Assembly: GCA_964594665.1 (NCBI GenBank)
Contig: CAZQNY010000001.1
Coordinates: 9,599 to 73,598, forward strand
Direction: 5' to 3'
Source of the DNA: an uncultured Bacteroidales bacterium
GTDB lineage: Bacteria; Bacteroidota; Bacteroidia; Bacteroidales; BM520
DNA length: 64,000 bases
Part shown: positions 10,200 through 20,819 of the stretch, in pieces
Position numbering within the stretch: the first letter of the stretch is position 1
Layout: each line of letters opens with the position of its first letter
Position numbers and translations under genes: made by a program
The notes under the pieces: model-generated
Database searches by the model: none
The model's input: only the letters and a program-made list of their open reading frames with translations
What the model was told of the DNA's origin: nothing

Positions 10200-11216
10200 A
10201 TGAAAGCACTTAAATGGATATTGGGAGTTGTTGTAGTTCTTGCTGCGATAATCCTTATCTGGGGTGCCATAATACCCAAAACTTATTATGGTGAAGCCTC
10301 AACAGTTATTAACCAACCAGCTATGATGTTATACCAGTCGGTAGCCGGTTTTGAGAACAGAGCCCAATGGGATCCCTGGGTGGAGACAGAACCCACTGCC
10401 GAGGTTTCAATTACGACTGAATGGGAAAATGATTTTATTGGTTCAGAATACCATTGGAACGGAGAAGTAATCGGCACTGGGATGATGCGCGTGGATTCAG
10501 TAATACTGGGGAAGAAAATTTACAATTCCATCTTTTTTGGCGGTTCAAATAAAGCCTCATTGGTAACATGGGACTTTGTACCTGTTGATAACGGAACAAA
10601 AGTGACCTGGGGACTATCCACTGAACTGGCATATCCGGTAGAGCGTATTGTTTTTACATTGATGGGAAAAGGAATGATAAGGAGTTTTGAAAAGGGGCTT
10701 GAAAATTTGAAAAATATTACGGAAGCAAAAGAAACTCGTAGTAGTTATTACCATGATGTGGAATACTCAAACATCGAAGCATTTAATGCTGTTGTTTCAC
10801 GTGGTGAAGCTTCAATGGCCGAAATGCCCCAGGTTATGGACCAATTGTATGGATCAATAATGCGTCAGATTCAAAGACAAAAATTAACGGTTAGTGGCAT
10901 GCCATTCACGTTTTACGACGATCCCGCCTCCAACCAGGAGCCCTATCGGTTTTATGCCGGTTTTACCGTGAATGAAATTTCAGATGCCCGGGGAGGCACT
11001 GAGCCCATGTCGTTTGCAGCACAAAAAGTATTTTCACTTATGCATACCGGCCCTTATGATGAGCTTGAATATACCTATGCATTTGCAATGAAATATATTG
11101 AAGAGAATCAAATCCCTGTTTCAGGGCAGATTATTGAATTTTATTATAACAAACCTGGTGAAGTTGCACCTGTTGATTTGATAACAAAAATCGTATTTCT
11201 GTTACAGGTACAATAG
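10200..11216 (+). CDS. Membrane-anchored SRPBCC-domain / GyrI-like small-molecule-binding domain protein
   Basis: N-terminal TM helix. The first half resembles the SRPBCC (polyketide cyclase-like) fold. The second half (MHTGPYDELEYTYAFAMKYIEEN...IEFYYN) resembles the GyrI-like effector-binding domain. Confidence 0.6.
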   Translation: MKALKWILGVVVVLAAIILIWGAIIPKTYYGEASTVINQPAMMLYQSVAGFENRAQWDPWVETEPTAEVSITTEWENDFIGSEYHWNGEVIGTGMMRVDSVILGKKIYNSIFFGGSNKASLVTWDFVPVDNGTKVTWGLSTELAYPVERIVFTLMGKGMIRSFEKGLENLKNITEAKETRSSYYHDVEYSNIEAFNAVVSRGEASMAEMPQVMDQLYGSIMRQIQRQKLTVSGMPFTFYDDPASNQEPYRFYAGFTVNEISDARGGTEPMSFAAQKVFSLMHTGPYDELEYTYAFAMKYIEENQIPVSGQIIEFYYNKPGEVAPVDLITKIVFLLQVQ

Positions 11217-11239
11217 ATTTCCTCTAAACATATCGTAAT

Positions 11240-11271
11240 GGCCGGTGAAACATATTCTCCGGCCTTTTTTA
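11240..11271 (+). terminator. Rho-independent terminator after the 10200-11216 gene
   Basis: GGCCGG (11240-11245) pairs with CCGGCC (11259-11264), followed by TTTTTT (11265-11270). Confidence 0.7.
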
Positions 11272-11344
11272 TTTCAATAAACAACGAAGTATAAACTAAA
11301 AATGATTATATTTACGACACTGACACTAATCAAAAAAATGTCGT

Positions 11345-11551
11345 ATGTATTTACTCAAAGTCAAGGGCACACAGAGCATGCCAGATTTCGTACAACTACG
11401 TGATGATAATATGGCTTTACTGGCCTATTTTACTCCAAAAAATGCCGAAAAATCACTTGCGGGTTTTGGCCTTAAGCGATCCGGAAGAAAAAAGTTGATG
11501 AAAATTATCCCGGATCTTGATTATGGCCATTTGATGAATGTAAAAATTTAA
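11345..11551 (+). CDS. Small hypothetical protein (uncertain)
   Basis: This 68-aa ORF is the only ORF in a 345-nt gap and is convergent with parC. I recognise no motif. A start at the internal Met (MPDFVQL...) is equally possible. Confidence 0.25.
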   Translation: MYLLKVKGTQSMPDFVQLRDDNMALLAYFTPKNAEKSLAGFGLKRSGRKKLMKIIPDLDYGHLMNVKI

Positions 11552-11561
11552 CTCTATTCCT

Positions 11562-14360
11562 TTAGAATAATGTCATCTGGCCATCTGAATCTTCATCGTC
11601 ATCGTCATCAGTGATCTCTATGTCCTTTTCATTGGTTATGGTAAAGGATATAGTATCTTTAAGGTTATCCTGTTTCGGAGTTTCAACCGATGGCACGGGT
11701 TTTTCCTTTGAAGGCTGATTCTTTTCATCTTCTGACTTGCTTTCAACGTTATCTGTTTGCGCTGAAACTTGCTTTACATTTTCTTTCGAACCGGAGTCCT
11801 CCTCTTCAGTATCCCAGGATTGTAATACGAGAATTTCCTCCAAATCATGGGTGGTCAGTCGTTTACCTTTGGCTTTGGCACTTTTGATATCGATGAATTC
11901 GGTGCCTAAAACCATTTCGTCGTATGCCGCAGCACGTGAATCTTCATTCTGTGTGTGAATAAGTGCAATGCGAGGCTCTTTGTCTTCAATAAAATGAATT
12001 AATCGGCTTTCTGAATGATCACCAATAAGGTTTATATCATTATCAGAAAGGTCGAACGTAAATCGTTTAAGGTAATAGGACTCTTTTTCTCCATTATAAT
12101 AGATGATTGTATACGCTTTTTCCGGAATATATTTAAAAATAAATTTCAAATCATCATCAAAATGCGTACTTACATCAAACCCGTGAATTTTGCATATTCC
12201 TGAATTCTGTACCGAGACTATTTTGTCATCACCGCTAAAAGCACCAATATGTCGTCCCCGTTCATCAACATTAATCCGATTCACAGTATCATCATACCAA
12301 ATATCAATAGCACCTAAAGTGGATACGCCTTCTTCCTTGATATTAATTTTCCGGACAGCATGTTTTGAAAGGATGTTTCCTTTGGAGTTACGGCCTTTTA
12401 TTGCCAATTCGCTGAAGTCATACTCGAAACTTTGTACTTTAAGGCGTGGCTTTGGCCGAAGATGTACTTTAATAACTTCCGCCTCGCCATTAGGATTGGC
12501 AGTAAAATATAATACTCTTGTACCTTGCTTTCCCGGAGTAAGATTATACTCTTTATCCCTTGTGATTGAAAGTACGGAGAATCGCTTCACCATTACATTT
12601 CCGCCCCGACCGTCGGCATAAACCATATTATATACTGTCCTGTCATCGTTCTTTCGAAAGATATCAATATGAATGATATCTTCTCCCACATAAACTTTGT
12701 CAGCAACTTTTACAACTTTGAATGTGCCGTCGTGTCGGAAAACAATGATATCGTCAATATCAGAACATTCACAAACAAATTCATCCTTCTTAAGTGATGT
12801 TCCGGCAAAACCTTCTTCCCGGTTAACATACAAGCGTGCATTGTTGGCGACAACACGTGTTGCTTCAATATTATCAAAATTGCGAATTTCTGTTTTTCGT
12901 TCACGTCCTTTGCCATATTTTTCAAGAATATGCTCGTAGTACGCAATTGCATAATCAATCAGGTTTTGAAGATGATGGTTGACCGTTTGCAGTTCGTCTT
13001 CATATCCTCTCATGACCTCATCGGCTTTTAATGCGTCGAATTTCGATATCCGCTTGATTTTAATTTCCGTGAGTTTTACAATATCATCGCGGGTGATATC
13101 TCGGTAAAATGAAGGTTTAAAAGGCTCAAGTCCTTCGTCAATAGTTTGAATTACTGAATCCCAGGTAGTACATTTTTCAATTTTCCGGTAGATTCGGTTT
13201 TCGATGAATATCTTAACCAACGAACTAAATAAAATTTGCTCCTGTAACTCTTTTTTTCGTATTTCAAGCTCCATTCTAAGAAGCTTGACTGTAGTGTCAG
13301 TATTATGTTGCAGAATTTCGCTAACACCAATAAAACAAGGCTTTCCACTTCTTATGACGCAGGAATTGGGTGAAATCGACATTTCGCAATTGGTAAATGC
13401 ATATAGCGCATCAATAGTTTTATCAGGAGAAACATTGGAGCCCAGGTGGATAAGGATTTCTACTTCCGCAGCAGTATTATCATCAATTTTTTTAATTTTT
13501 ATTTTCCCTTTATCATTCGCCGCTATGATAGACTCGATAAGTGATGAAGTATTGGTTCCAAAAGGGATTTCTGAAATTGAAAGCGTTTTTTTATCTACTT
13601 TATTTAATTTGGCCCGGACTCTGACCTTGCCACCGCGAACACCGTCGTTGTATTTTGTAAAATCCGCATATCCACCTGTCGGGAAGTCAGGAAAAATTTC
13701 ATATTCTTCATTTTTAAGAATTTTAATGCTTGCCTGAAGCAATTCGACGAAATTATGAGGCAGGATTTTCGATGCAAGCCCCACGGCAATACCTTCCACA
13801 CCCTGCGCAAGCAGGAGAGGGAATTTAATGGGCAGAGCAACAGGTTCTTTGTTTCGCCCGTCATACGATAATTTCCATTCGGTTGTTTTGGGGTTAAAAG
13901 CTACCTCTTTGGCAAACTTCGATAATCTGGCTTCAATATAACGTGGTGCCGCAGCACTGTCGCCGGTAAGAATGTTACCCCAGTTACCCTGTGTGTCAAT
14001 AAGAATATCCTTTTGCCCCAGCTGCACCATGGCATCACCAATGGAGGCATCTCCGTGGGGATGGTATTTCATGGTATGCCCGATGAGGTTGGCAACCTTA
14101 TTGTATCTGCCATCGTCAAGCTCATACATTGAATGCATGATACGCCGCTGAACGGGTTTTAGCCCGTCGTCGATAGCAGGTACAGCGCGTTCCAGAATTA
14201 CATAGGAGGCATAATCAAGAAACCAGTTCTCATACATTCCCGACAAATGAAGGGTCTTGCCCTGATCTGTCATTTCTGCGGTGCCTTGCATTTGTTCCTT
14301 TTCTGAGTCTTCCGACTGTATATTTGTTTTGTCCAGTGCCTCTTCGTTCTTATCTTTCAT
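11562..14360 (-). CDS. parC: DNA topoisomerase IV subunit A (GyrA/ParC family)
   Basis: Motifs present: DGLKPVQRRIMHSM and the active-site region AAPRYIEARL (catalytic Tyr), plus C-terminal beta-pinwheel repeats. The N-terminal layout matches the ParC type I associate with Bacteroidota. A long acidic C-terminal tail ends TDDDDDEDSDGQMTLF. Confidence 0.8.
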   Translation of the reverse strand: MKDKNEEALDKTNIQSEDSEKEQMQGTAEMTDQGKTLHLSGMYENWFLDYASYVILERAVPAIDDGLKPVQRRIMHSMYELDDGRYNKVANLIGHTMKYHPHGDASIGDAMVQLGQKDILIDTQGNWGNILTGDSAAAPRYIEARLSKFAKEVAFNPKTTEWKLSYDGRNKEPVALPIKFPLLLAQGVEGIAVGLASKILPHNFVELLQASIKILKNEEYEIFPDFPTGGYADFTKYNDGVRGGKVRVRAKLNKVDKKTLSISEIPFGTNTSSLIESIIAANDKGKIKIKKIDDNTAAEVEILIHLGSNVSPDKTIDALYAFTNCEMSISPNSCVIRSGKPCFIGVSEILQHNTDTTVKLLRMELEIRKKELQEQILFSSLVKIFIENRIYRKIEKCTTWDSVIQTIDEGLEPFKPSFYRDITRDDIVKLTEIKIKRISKFDALKADEVMRGYEDELQTVNHHLQNLIDYAIAYYEHILEKYGKGRERKTEIRNFDNIEATRVVANNARLYVNREEGFAGTSLKKDEFVCECSDIDDIIVFRHDGTFKVVKVADKVYVGEDIIHIDIFRKNDDRTVYNMVYADGRGGNVMVKRFSVLSITRDKEYNLTPGKQGTRVLYFTANPNGEAEVIKVHLRPKPRLKVQSFEYDFSELAIKGRNSKGNILSKHAVRKINIKEEGVSTLGAIDIWYDDTVNRINVDERGRHIGAFSGDDKIVSVQNSGICKIHGFDVSTHFDDDLKFIFKYIPEKAYTIIYYNGEKESYYLKRFTFDLSDNDINLIGDHSESRLIHFIEDKEPRIALIHTQNEDSRAAAYDEMVLGTEFIDIKSAKAKGKRLTTHDLEEILVLQSWDTEEEDSGSKENVKQVSAQTDNVESKSEDEKNQPSKEKPVPSVETPKQDNLKDTISFTITNEKDIEITDDDDDEDSDGQMTLF

Positions 14361-14381
14361 CAGGTCGTCGTTTTCCTTTGC

Positions 14382-16439
14382 TTATTTCCAGATGCGTAAT
14401 AGTATCCCTTCTGCCAGCAAAAACAGAAGGCATAAATATACAAAATAATGCCATAATCTCTGCCCCTCATTGAGCTCCTGAAGTGTTGTCGATATTTTGT
14501 CGGGTGGCGCATTAAGTACTGTTATACCCTCAATATCATTATCCGTAATGAGTTGTTCAGCTTCACCGGGAGTGTAGCATATTAAATCACTTTCCGGACG
14601 ACTGTAGTTAGCAGCAAAACTATGTATTGGGCTGCCATTGGATAAAATGTTATAGTATCCGGAAGCTTTTATATTTTCATAAAAATGTAAATAGATCGCA
14701 TTGTTTGTTGTCTCGATTCCCGGAATAAATTGATAATCATTATCCTTTGATACAATGGCGATTTTTTCTGGATCGATACCCGGTGTTTCATTAACAATAA
14801 TTCCCTGGTCCTCGCCAATGGTAACATACTCCATACCGGCGGGAGAGCTGATAAAGGCCATTCTGTACATAACAGGAACAAAAAGTGCATGGGAAATGAA
14901 ATTTCCGGCATACTCCTGCATTGGTGAAGTAAAACCATAAACCCATCCTGAACCAACGGGTTTTCGCCAAAGAAATATATCCCCATTGGAAAGTGTCAGT
15001 AACTCTTCGCTAATTTCCGGGGATGTGAGAATAACTCCCTGATGGGCTTTTATATAAGGCATATCCGTTTTTGATGGTAGCTTATTATTCTTTAGATCCT
15101 CAGAATTGAAAATACCTCTGTAAAATTCAGATTGTAGTTCCGGCGTATTCATTCGAATTCTTGATGTGTCTGCGTAATCTTCAAAATTATAGCCAAAAGC
15201 ATTTTCCAGAGATGTTTTTTCAGAGGGTTGACCGGGTATAATGGCTATACTTTTTCCTTTTTCACATAAATCAAGTAACTCATTTGTGAATCCACTTCCC
15301 AAACTGCTGATTTCATTAAGAATTATCAAATCAAAAGTTTTTAAAAAAGACAAAGTCATCGACTCAGCTGAGATGCTGCGGTAAAAGAACATACTGTCGT
15401 TTTCAAAAAGCGTTTTCAGGTACCTGCTTTCTTCCTGGCCATTAATGGCCAGCACATGTATTTTATCAATCGTTGTATAGGTGAAATAAAACGAATCGTC
15501 GTAGGTAACAGGATAGTCTGTAATTTTTATTTCTGCAGCTTTTGTCCCTGCTATCTGATCCACAAAAACAAATTCGGCAATCGCAAATCCCTCTGCAGGT
15601 ATGTCGATAGTTGTAACTGCCTTTTGTTTGCCATCAATGAAAAGTTGTATCGATTGCTTTTCCACCGACTTGCCTGATGTGTTGTGAATCCTGGTTTTTA
15701 GTTTAAGCGCCTGGCCTGTAATATTTACCGGCGAGGTAAACCAGCAGCTATCAGGATATATGTTGTCGTGGTTTTCTGCTGTAAAGGGTAACATCCGGAT
15801 CTTCGTTGTTGAATCAATAACCAGATTCGTAATATCAGCGGATGATTTTTGCAAATCAGAGAGAATGTATATCTCCTGATCCATCGACCGGGCGTCTTCA
15901 GGGATTTCTTTAAATCGGTCTGTGACTTCGGAAAGCTGAACGATATCAGGCGAAAGTGATACTTCTGCGGAATGTGCAATCAATTCTTCTGCAGACATCA
16001 AGTGCTGATGTGCCGGGTTGTCACTGTTTGTATAAAGTCGGAAAAGATCATCTCCGGAATAGGTTTCCGTAACCCGCGGAATGATACTTTTGGCTGTCTC
16101 CAGCAAGATGTTATCAGCATCACGCATTTCCATGCTATACGAATTGTCGAGATATATGGAAACAAGTTTTCGCCCGGATGATTTGTTATGACCTTCTTCC
16201 ACAGGTATATAAGGGCCTGCAAAAGCTATTACCAGAGCACTTATCATCAAGATACGGATTAGCAATATTATAAGATGCCGCAATCTGGACTGGCGGCGGG
16301 TTTCCTCGCTTAGTTCTTTTATCAGCCTGACATTCGTAAAGTACACTTTTTTAAACCTTTTGAAATTAAAAAGGTGTATTACTATGGGTATAGAGATGGC
16401 TGTCAGAGCCCAAAGAAATTCCGGATGTGTAAAACGCAT
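14382..16439 (-). CDS. BatA (aerotolerance regulator N-terminal) domain-containing membrane protein
   Basis: Starting at ATG 16439 the protein reads MRFTHPEFLWALTAISIPIVIHLFNFKRFKKVYFTNVRLIKEL, the BatA_N signature. There is also a C-terminal TM helix. Confidence 0.75.
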   Translation of the reverse strand: MRFTHPEFLWALTAISIPIVIHLFNFKRFKKVYFTNVRLIKELSEETRRQSRLRHLIILLIRILMISALVIAFAGPYIPVEEGHNKSSGRKLVSIYLDNSYSMEMRDADNILLETAKSIIPRVTETYSGDDLFRLYTNSDNPAHQHLMSAEELIAHSAEVSLSPDIVQLSEVTDRFKEIPEDARSMDQEIYILSDLQKSSADITNLVIDSTTKIRMLPFTAENHDNIYPDSCWFTSPVNITGQALKLKTRIHNTSGKSVEKQSIQLFIDGKQKAVTTIDIPAEGFAIAEFVFVDQIAGTKAAEIKITDYPVTYDDSFYFTYTTIDKIHVLAINGQEESRYLKTLFENDSMFFYRSISAESMTLSFLKTFDLIILNEISSLGSGFTNELLDLCEKGKSIAIIPGQPSEKTSLENAFGYNFEDYADTSRIRMNTPELQSEFYRGIFNSEDLKNNKLPSKTDMPYIKAHQGVILTSPEISEELLTLSNGDIFLWRKPVGSGWVYGFTSPMQEYAGNFISHALFVPVMYRMAFISSPAGMEYVTIGEDQGIIVNETPGIDPEKIAIVSKDNDYQFIPGIETTNNAIYLHFYENIKASGYYNILSNGSPIHSFAANYSRPESDLICYTPGEAEQLITDNDIEGITVLNAPPDKISTTLQELNEGQRLWHYFVYLCLLFLLAEGILLRIWK

Positions 16440-16525
16440 AGAAAATATTCTTTGTTGCAAAGGTACACTTGGTCAAGCCAACAAACAACAGCCCGGATAA
16501 GGATTTATTAACCAATATTATTGGA

Positions 16526-19500
16526 TTATTTCCAGCTATATGAAATCAATGATCCCCTTTGTTCATTAATTTTAACGTTTAGGTTCATTTCTATCTCCTG
16601 CTGCATTTCATCAACATGCGATATAACACCTACAATCCTGTTTTCTTTTTGTAGGTTTTTCAATGTGCGGAATACAACCTCCATGGCTTCTTTGTCCAAA
16701 GCGCCAAAACCTTCATCCAGGAAAAAGAAGTTATGGTCAGCACTGTTGCGGTGTTGAACGCTATCTGACAATGCAAGGGCTAACGACAGAGCACATTGAA
16801 ATGTTTGGCCTCCGGAGAGGGTCTTTACACTGCGCAGATTGCCGCCATTCATGAAGTCACGCACCAGAAATTCATTGTTTTCACCGAGCTCCAGTTTCAG
16901 ATGCTGCCCGGTAAGGTGTTGAAAGCGTTCATTGGCCTGACCCACAAGCTGGCTTAAATATACGGTACTGATGTAATTTACAAAGCCACTTCCACGGAAT
17001 AAACTGCGTAACAACGAAAGGTTCTCAAGTCGCTTTGACTTTGCCTCCAGGGTGTTATGTAAAACTTTGCCATGTTCAATGTTCTTCTCAAATGTTGTCA
17101 ATTGAATCTTTTGTCTGCCAATGAGCTGGTTTAACTGGTCTTTTTCATCCTCCAGCCTTGTTGTATCCCGGATCAGTGTATCGTGCTGTTGCTCGTCGTA
17201 TTTTTTATCCCCGATTTCCTTTTTTGTCAACTCAAGTTTGCTGTTTATTACCAGAACCTCATCATTGTAATGTCTTACCTCCTCAAGGTAATTAATATAA
17301 TTGTTTTCCTGATCAAGGATTTGTTGAATTTCACTTACCGACGAAAAATCACTGCCAGAAAACGCTTCTTCAAGCTTTATCCTTAGTTGCTCTTTTTCCT
17401 CTGAAATATTATGCAACTGCTTTTCTTCTTCCGAAATCACTCCTTCAATTTGATGAAGTGCTGAGCTTAACTGGTTTAGTTTGCTCTGGCTTTCGCTGTA
17501 TCTGGCTTCGATACCTTCAACTTTTGATTTCAAATTTTTACTGTGAATAGAAAGAGCGTCGTATGTCATATATTCATAATCTTTAGGAAAAAAGGATTGA
17601 TGCTGGTGTTTAAGGGTATCAATCTGTGCAGAATAACCGTGGATGGCTGTCTCAATGGAACTTAATTTTTCCTGTGCCCTCCGGAGTTTATTATTTGCTG
17701 CTTCATTTAAATTTGTTAATTCCTCCGCTTTGTCTGACAATTGTTGGATATTTTCTGCTTTTTTATGATAGCTTTCCTGCGCCTTATGCAATAATTCCGA
17801 TGTGTTCCAGGGTTCAAATGCGAAAGCCGCATGATGAAGTTTGATTTGAGATTGTATACTCCGGAGGCGTTTTTGAGCTTCCAGATTTTGATTTTTAAGC
17901 CTCGTTATTAATTTATTTCCTTCATTTATTTCAATCTGCAATGCTTTTAGTGCTTCTGAGTCAGTTTTTAAAGATTCAAGGGTTTCCTTTGATCCCCTAA
18001 TCTTTTGTTCTAAATCAGAAGATGTATTGTATCCGGGGTGGGAGAGAGCACCACACAACGGACAGGGCTCGCCTTCCTTCAGATCTGTGGCCAGATCACT
18101 GATTTTTTTTTGCGTAAGAATATACTGATATTCGTTTTGAGCTTTCTCCAGGGCATTCTCAATACGTTGAATCTCCTCCTGTAGTGATTTGCCGGGGTTG
18201 TTTGAGGAGATACCTGAATTTTTAGAAATAACCGCTATGTTGTTTTCTAAATCCCTTATTTCCTGTTGATTATGTTCTACTTGTTCCTTATAGGGGTTGA
18301 GGCTTTCGGTTAATGATTGTGATTTGTTAAACCAGGCATCTGCCTTGTTTAGCATTTGAATGGACGGGAGATTGTTTTGCTCAATTTTGATTGTGTTTCT
18401 TATCCCGGTGAGTGATGATTTACGTTCATTGATCTCTTTCTCCAGCTCTGATACAAATATTTTTGCTTTCGCAATTCTTTCTGTGTCGTTATCGTATTCA
18501 AGTTTTAGTTTTCTGATTTTGATAATGGCATCTGCCGACTCAGCTTCACGCATTATAGTTTCTTTTGACTGAAAAATATCAAATAATGAAGTATGCCTCC
18601 TGTTACACACGTCATAATTGCTTTTAAAATTGCGTTGCTTCTCTTTATTGCCCGTTAAGCTTTTTTGCAATGAGGTTACTTTATTCTCTGTTTTTTTTAT
18701 CTCCTGAAGAAGAAATGCAAAAGTTGTATGGCAGGAGTCGTATCGTTGTATAAAGGCTTTTTTGTTGTCGATCTCATCGTTGCGAGCCATAAGTTCGCTA
18801 TGTTTTATTTTTAAAACAGAAAGCGAATCAAAAAGCTTTTTAATATTGTTTAATTCATTGATTAATAAATTATTATCTGATATAGTTTTAATAATTACTT
18901 TAAGATTGTCTGTGGTTAGTTTGATGCTCTTTTTGATTTGTTTTACGGTTTCATCAGTAGGGATTTTCAACTCATCGAGTTGCCCGGACAGTTTATGAAT
19001 TTCAGCCTGACAGACAGAATGCAGGGCATTAACAGGATCGGATAATTCAAACATATTAAGATCAAATAACTCGCGAATCATTTTTGTGCGATCACTTGTT
19101 GAGAGCATGATAAATTCCTGGAATTTCCCCTGAGGTATAATCACCGACCGTTTGAAGTTATCATAATCGAGACCAATAATATCTTCCAGCTCCTGCTGCG
19201 ATATGGGAGTCCATTGATCATGGATGAGGCGATATGTCTGTCTGTCGTATTTTTTTACATCATCAAATCGTTTGGAATTCCGTCGGCCTGCAACGGTAGC
19301 TTTTAGCCTGATATCCCTGACAGAGAACAAAAAGTCAATAAACAGCTTATCAGACCGCAGGTTCATCATGTTATAGTTTCTGCCCTGATTGCCAATACGT
19401 TCTGTGCGTCCATACAAAGCAAAAATAATGGCCTCCAGTATAGTGGATTTTCCGCTTCCCACATGGCCAAAGATTCCAAATAGGCGGGCATCTGTTAATG

Positions 19501-19570
19501 GCTTAAAATCAATGGTTTGCTTTTCCTGGTACGAATATATGCCCTGGATGGTCAGTTTTTCCGGTATCAT
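16526..19570 (-). CDS. sbcC: Exonuclease SbcC (Rad50-like SMC ATPase)
   Basis: Walker A GHVGSGKST, long coiled coils with a central zinc hook CPLCG, the ABC signature LSGGQTF, and Walker B FFFLDEGFGALD. Confidence 0.88.
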   Translation of the reverse strand: MIPEKLTIQGIYSYQEKQTIDFKPLTDARLFGIFGHVGSGKSTILEAIIFALYGRTERIGNQGRNYNMMNLRSDKLFIDFLFSVRDIRLKATVAGRRNSKRFDDVKKYDRQTYRLIHDQWTPISQQELEDIIGLDYDNFKRSVIIPQGKFQEFIMLSTSDRTKMIRELFDLNMFELSDPVNALHSVCQAEIHKLSGQLDELKIPTDETVKQIKKSIKLTTDNLKVIIKTISDNNLLINELNNIKKLFDSLSVLKIKHSELMARNDEIDNKKAFIQRYDSCHTTFAFLLQEIKKTENKVTSLQKSLTGNKEKQRNFKSNYDVCNRRHTSLFDIFQSKETIMREAESADAIIKIRKLKLEYDNDTERIAKAKIFVSELEKEINERKSSLTGIRNTIKIEQNNLPSIQMLNKADAWFNKSQSLTESLNPYKEQVEHNQQEIRDLENNIAVISKNSGISSNNPGKSLQEEIQRIENALEKAQNEYQYILTQKKISDLATDLKEGEPCPLCGALSHPGYNTSSDLEQKIRGSKETLESLKTDSEALKALQIEINEGNKLITRLKNQNLEAQKRLRSIQSQIKLHHAAFAFEPWNTSELLHKAQESYHKKAENIQQLSDKAEELTNLNEAANNKLRRAQEKLSSIETAIHGYSAQIDTLKHQHQSFFPKDYEYMTYDALSIHSKNLKSKVEGIEARYSESQSKLNQLSSALHQIEGVISEEEKQLHNISEEKEQLRIKLEEAFSGSDFSSVSEIQQILDQENNYINYLEEVRHYNDEVLVINSKLELTKKEIGDKKYDEQQHDTLIRDTTRLEDEKDQLNQLIGRQKIQLTTFEKNIEHGKVLHNTLEAKSKRLENLSLLRSLFRGSGFVNYISTVYLSQLVGQANERFQHLTGQHLKLELGENNEFLVRDFMNGGNLRSVKTLSGGQTFQCALSLALALSDSVQHRNSADHNFFFLDEGFGALDKEAMEVVFRTLKNLQKENRIVGVISHVDEMQQEIEMNLNVKINEQRGSLISYSWK

Positions 19571-20784
19571 GATTTCTTTGCAATAACTTCCTGAAATAGT
19601 GTTGTTAATTCTTTATTCGGCTTTTGTCCTGTTCGGCTTTCGAAAAATGATTCAAAAAGGCTTTCAATTCCCTGTGACAAGTCAATACTGTGTGGCCCGC
19701 TGCCTGCCGATATATCTGTTTTGATGTTTGGAATAATCGTAACTATACCGTCATGCGCATTTTCAAGGCTTTTTTTCTCTTCAGCAGAGATGTAGTTTTC
19801 GGTGAAAATTGTCAGTTCAATAAGCGCATCGTTATAGTGCGATAATTCTGTTAAAGCCTCTTCAACAGAATTACAGCTAAGCCTTACAAGTGGTTTGCCG
19901 TTTGTTAAAGGGATTTCAGTAAATACTGGGCTTTCCGGTGACGTAAAATCAACAATGGAAACCGATTTTTTTTGACCTGCTTCGCTAAAGCTATAGGCTA
20001 ACGGGGTTCCTGAGTATCGTATTTTATGTTTATTTCCATCGGTAAAAAAAGCGCGGTGTAAATGGCCGAGTGCAGTATAATGGATTTGTTCCGGTACAGC
20101 TTCAGTGAATATGGCCTGAACGCCACCGGCATGAAGAATAGGTTTTTCATCCTCTGGTTCTTCAGGCAATTCTGCACCTCTTGGAATCATAAAAACATGG
20201 GCTATCAGTAGATTGACCCCTGCTTTATCGCAATATTTTCCGGCAAGTTTATGCCAGTGGTTTTGCAGGATGTCTCTGAACTGTTGTTCCTTGTTTTCAC
20301 TGTCCAGAATTGTTTTCAAGCGGTACTCGTTGGCATAAGGTGTCAAAAGTAACCTTAATGGTGTATCACATCCCGGTATTTGTAGTTCGCAAAAGCCGTT
20401 ATCAGTTTTTGTGACTTTCATTCCAGTTTCAAGCTCAAAGGCTTGAATTTTTGTATTTGGGTTACCGATTAGCAAAATGCCGCATTCCCTTGCCAGTTCT
20501 TCCGGGGCTTCAATGCGATCGGGAGAGTCGTGATTTCCGGCGATAACAATTACTGCCCGCCTGCCGTTGTCTGACAAACGTTTTACGGTGCCATAAAATA
20601 GCTGCATGGCCTCTGTGGAAGGATTAAAAGTATCAAAAATATCGCCGGCGATAACCACGGCATCCACTTGCCAATCGTTTGCAATATGACATATCTCATC
20701 GAGAATGAGACGCTGCTCGGGAAGTCTTGAAAAGGCATACAACCGTTTGCCTATATGCCAGTCTGAAGTATGTAAAATCTTCAT
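19567..20784 (-). CDS. sbcD: Exonuclease SbcD (Mre11-like nuclease)
   Basis: Calcineurin-like phosphoesterase motifs HTSDWHIG, GDIFD, GNHD and GHLH. It overlaps sbcC by 4 nt. Confidence 0.9.
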   Translation of the reverse strand: MKILHTSDWHIGKRLYAFSRLPEQRLILDEICHIANDWQVDAVVIAGDIFDTFNPSTEAMQLFYGTVKRLSDNGRRAVIVIAGNHDSPDRIEAPEELARECGILLIGNPNTKIQAFELETGMKVTKTDNGFCELQIPGCDTPLRLLLTPYANEYRLKTILDSENKEQQFRDILQNHWHKLAGKYCDKAGVNLLIAHVFMIPRGAELPEEPEDEKPILHAGGVQAIFTEAVPEQIHYTALGHLHRAFFTDGNKHKIRYSGTPLAYSFSEAGQKKSVSIVDFTSPESPVFTEIPLTNGKPLVRLSCNSVEEALTELSHYNDALIELTIFTENYISAEEKKSLENAHDGIVTIIPNIKTDISAGSGPHSIDLSQGIESLFESFFESRTGQKPNKELTTLFQEVIAKKS

Positions 20785-20819
20785 AGTAAATATTAAACAA
20801 AAAAGCGGATGAAAAATAA

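Noticed and set aside
16526-20784. The SMC-like ATPase and nuclease pair as a possible phage-defence system (Lamassu, Wadjet or Gabija-like).
   Set aside because: The motifs are canonical SbcC/Rad50 (Walker A/B, LSGGQ, CPLCG zinc hook) and SbcD/Mre11 (DWH, GDxxD, GNHD, GHxH), with the usual 4-nt overlap. No extra defence-type partner genes are present.
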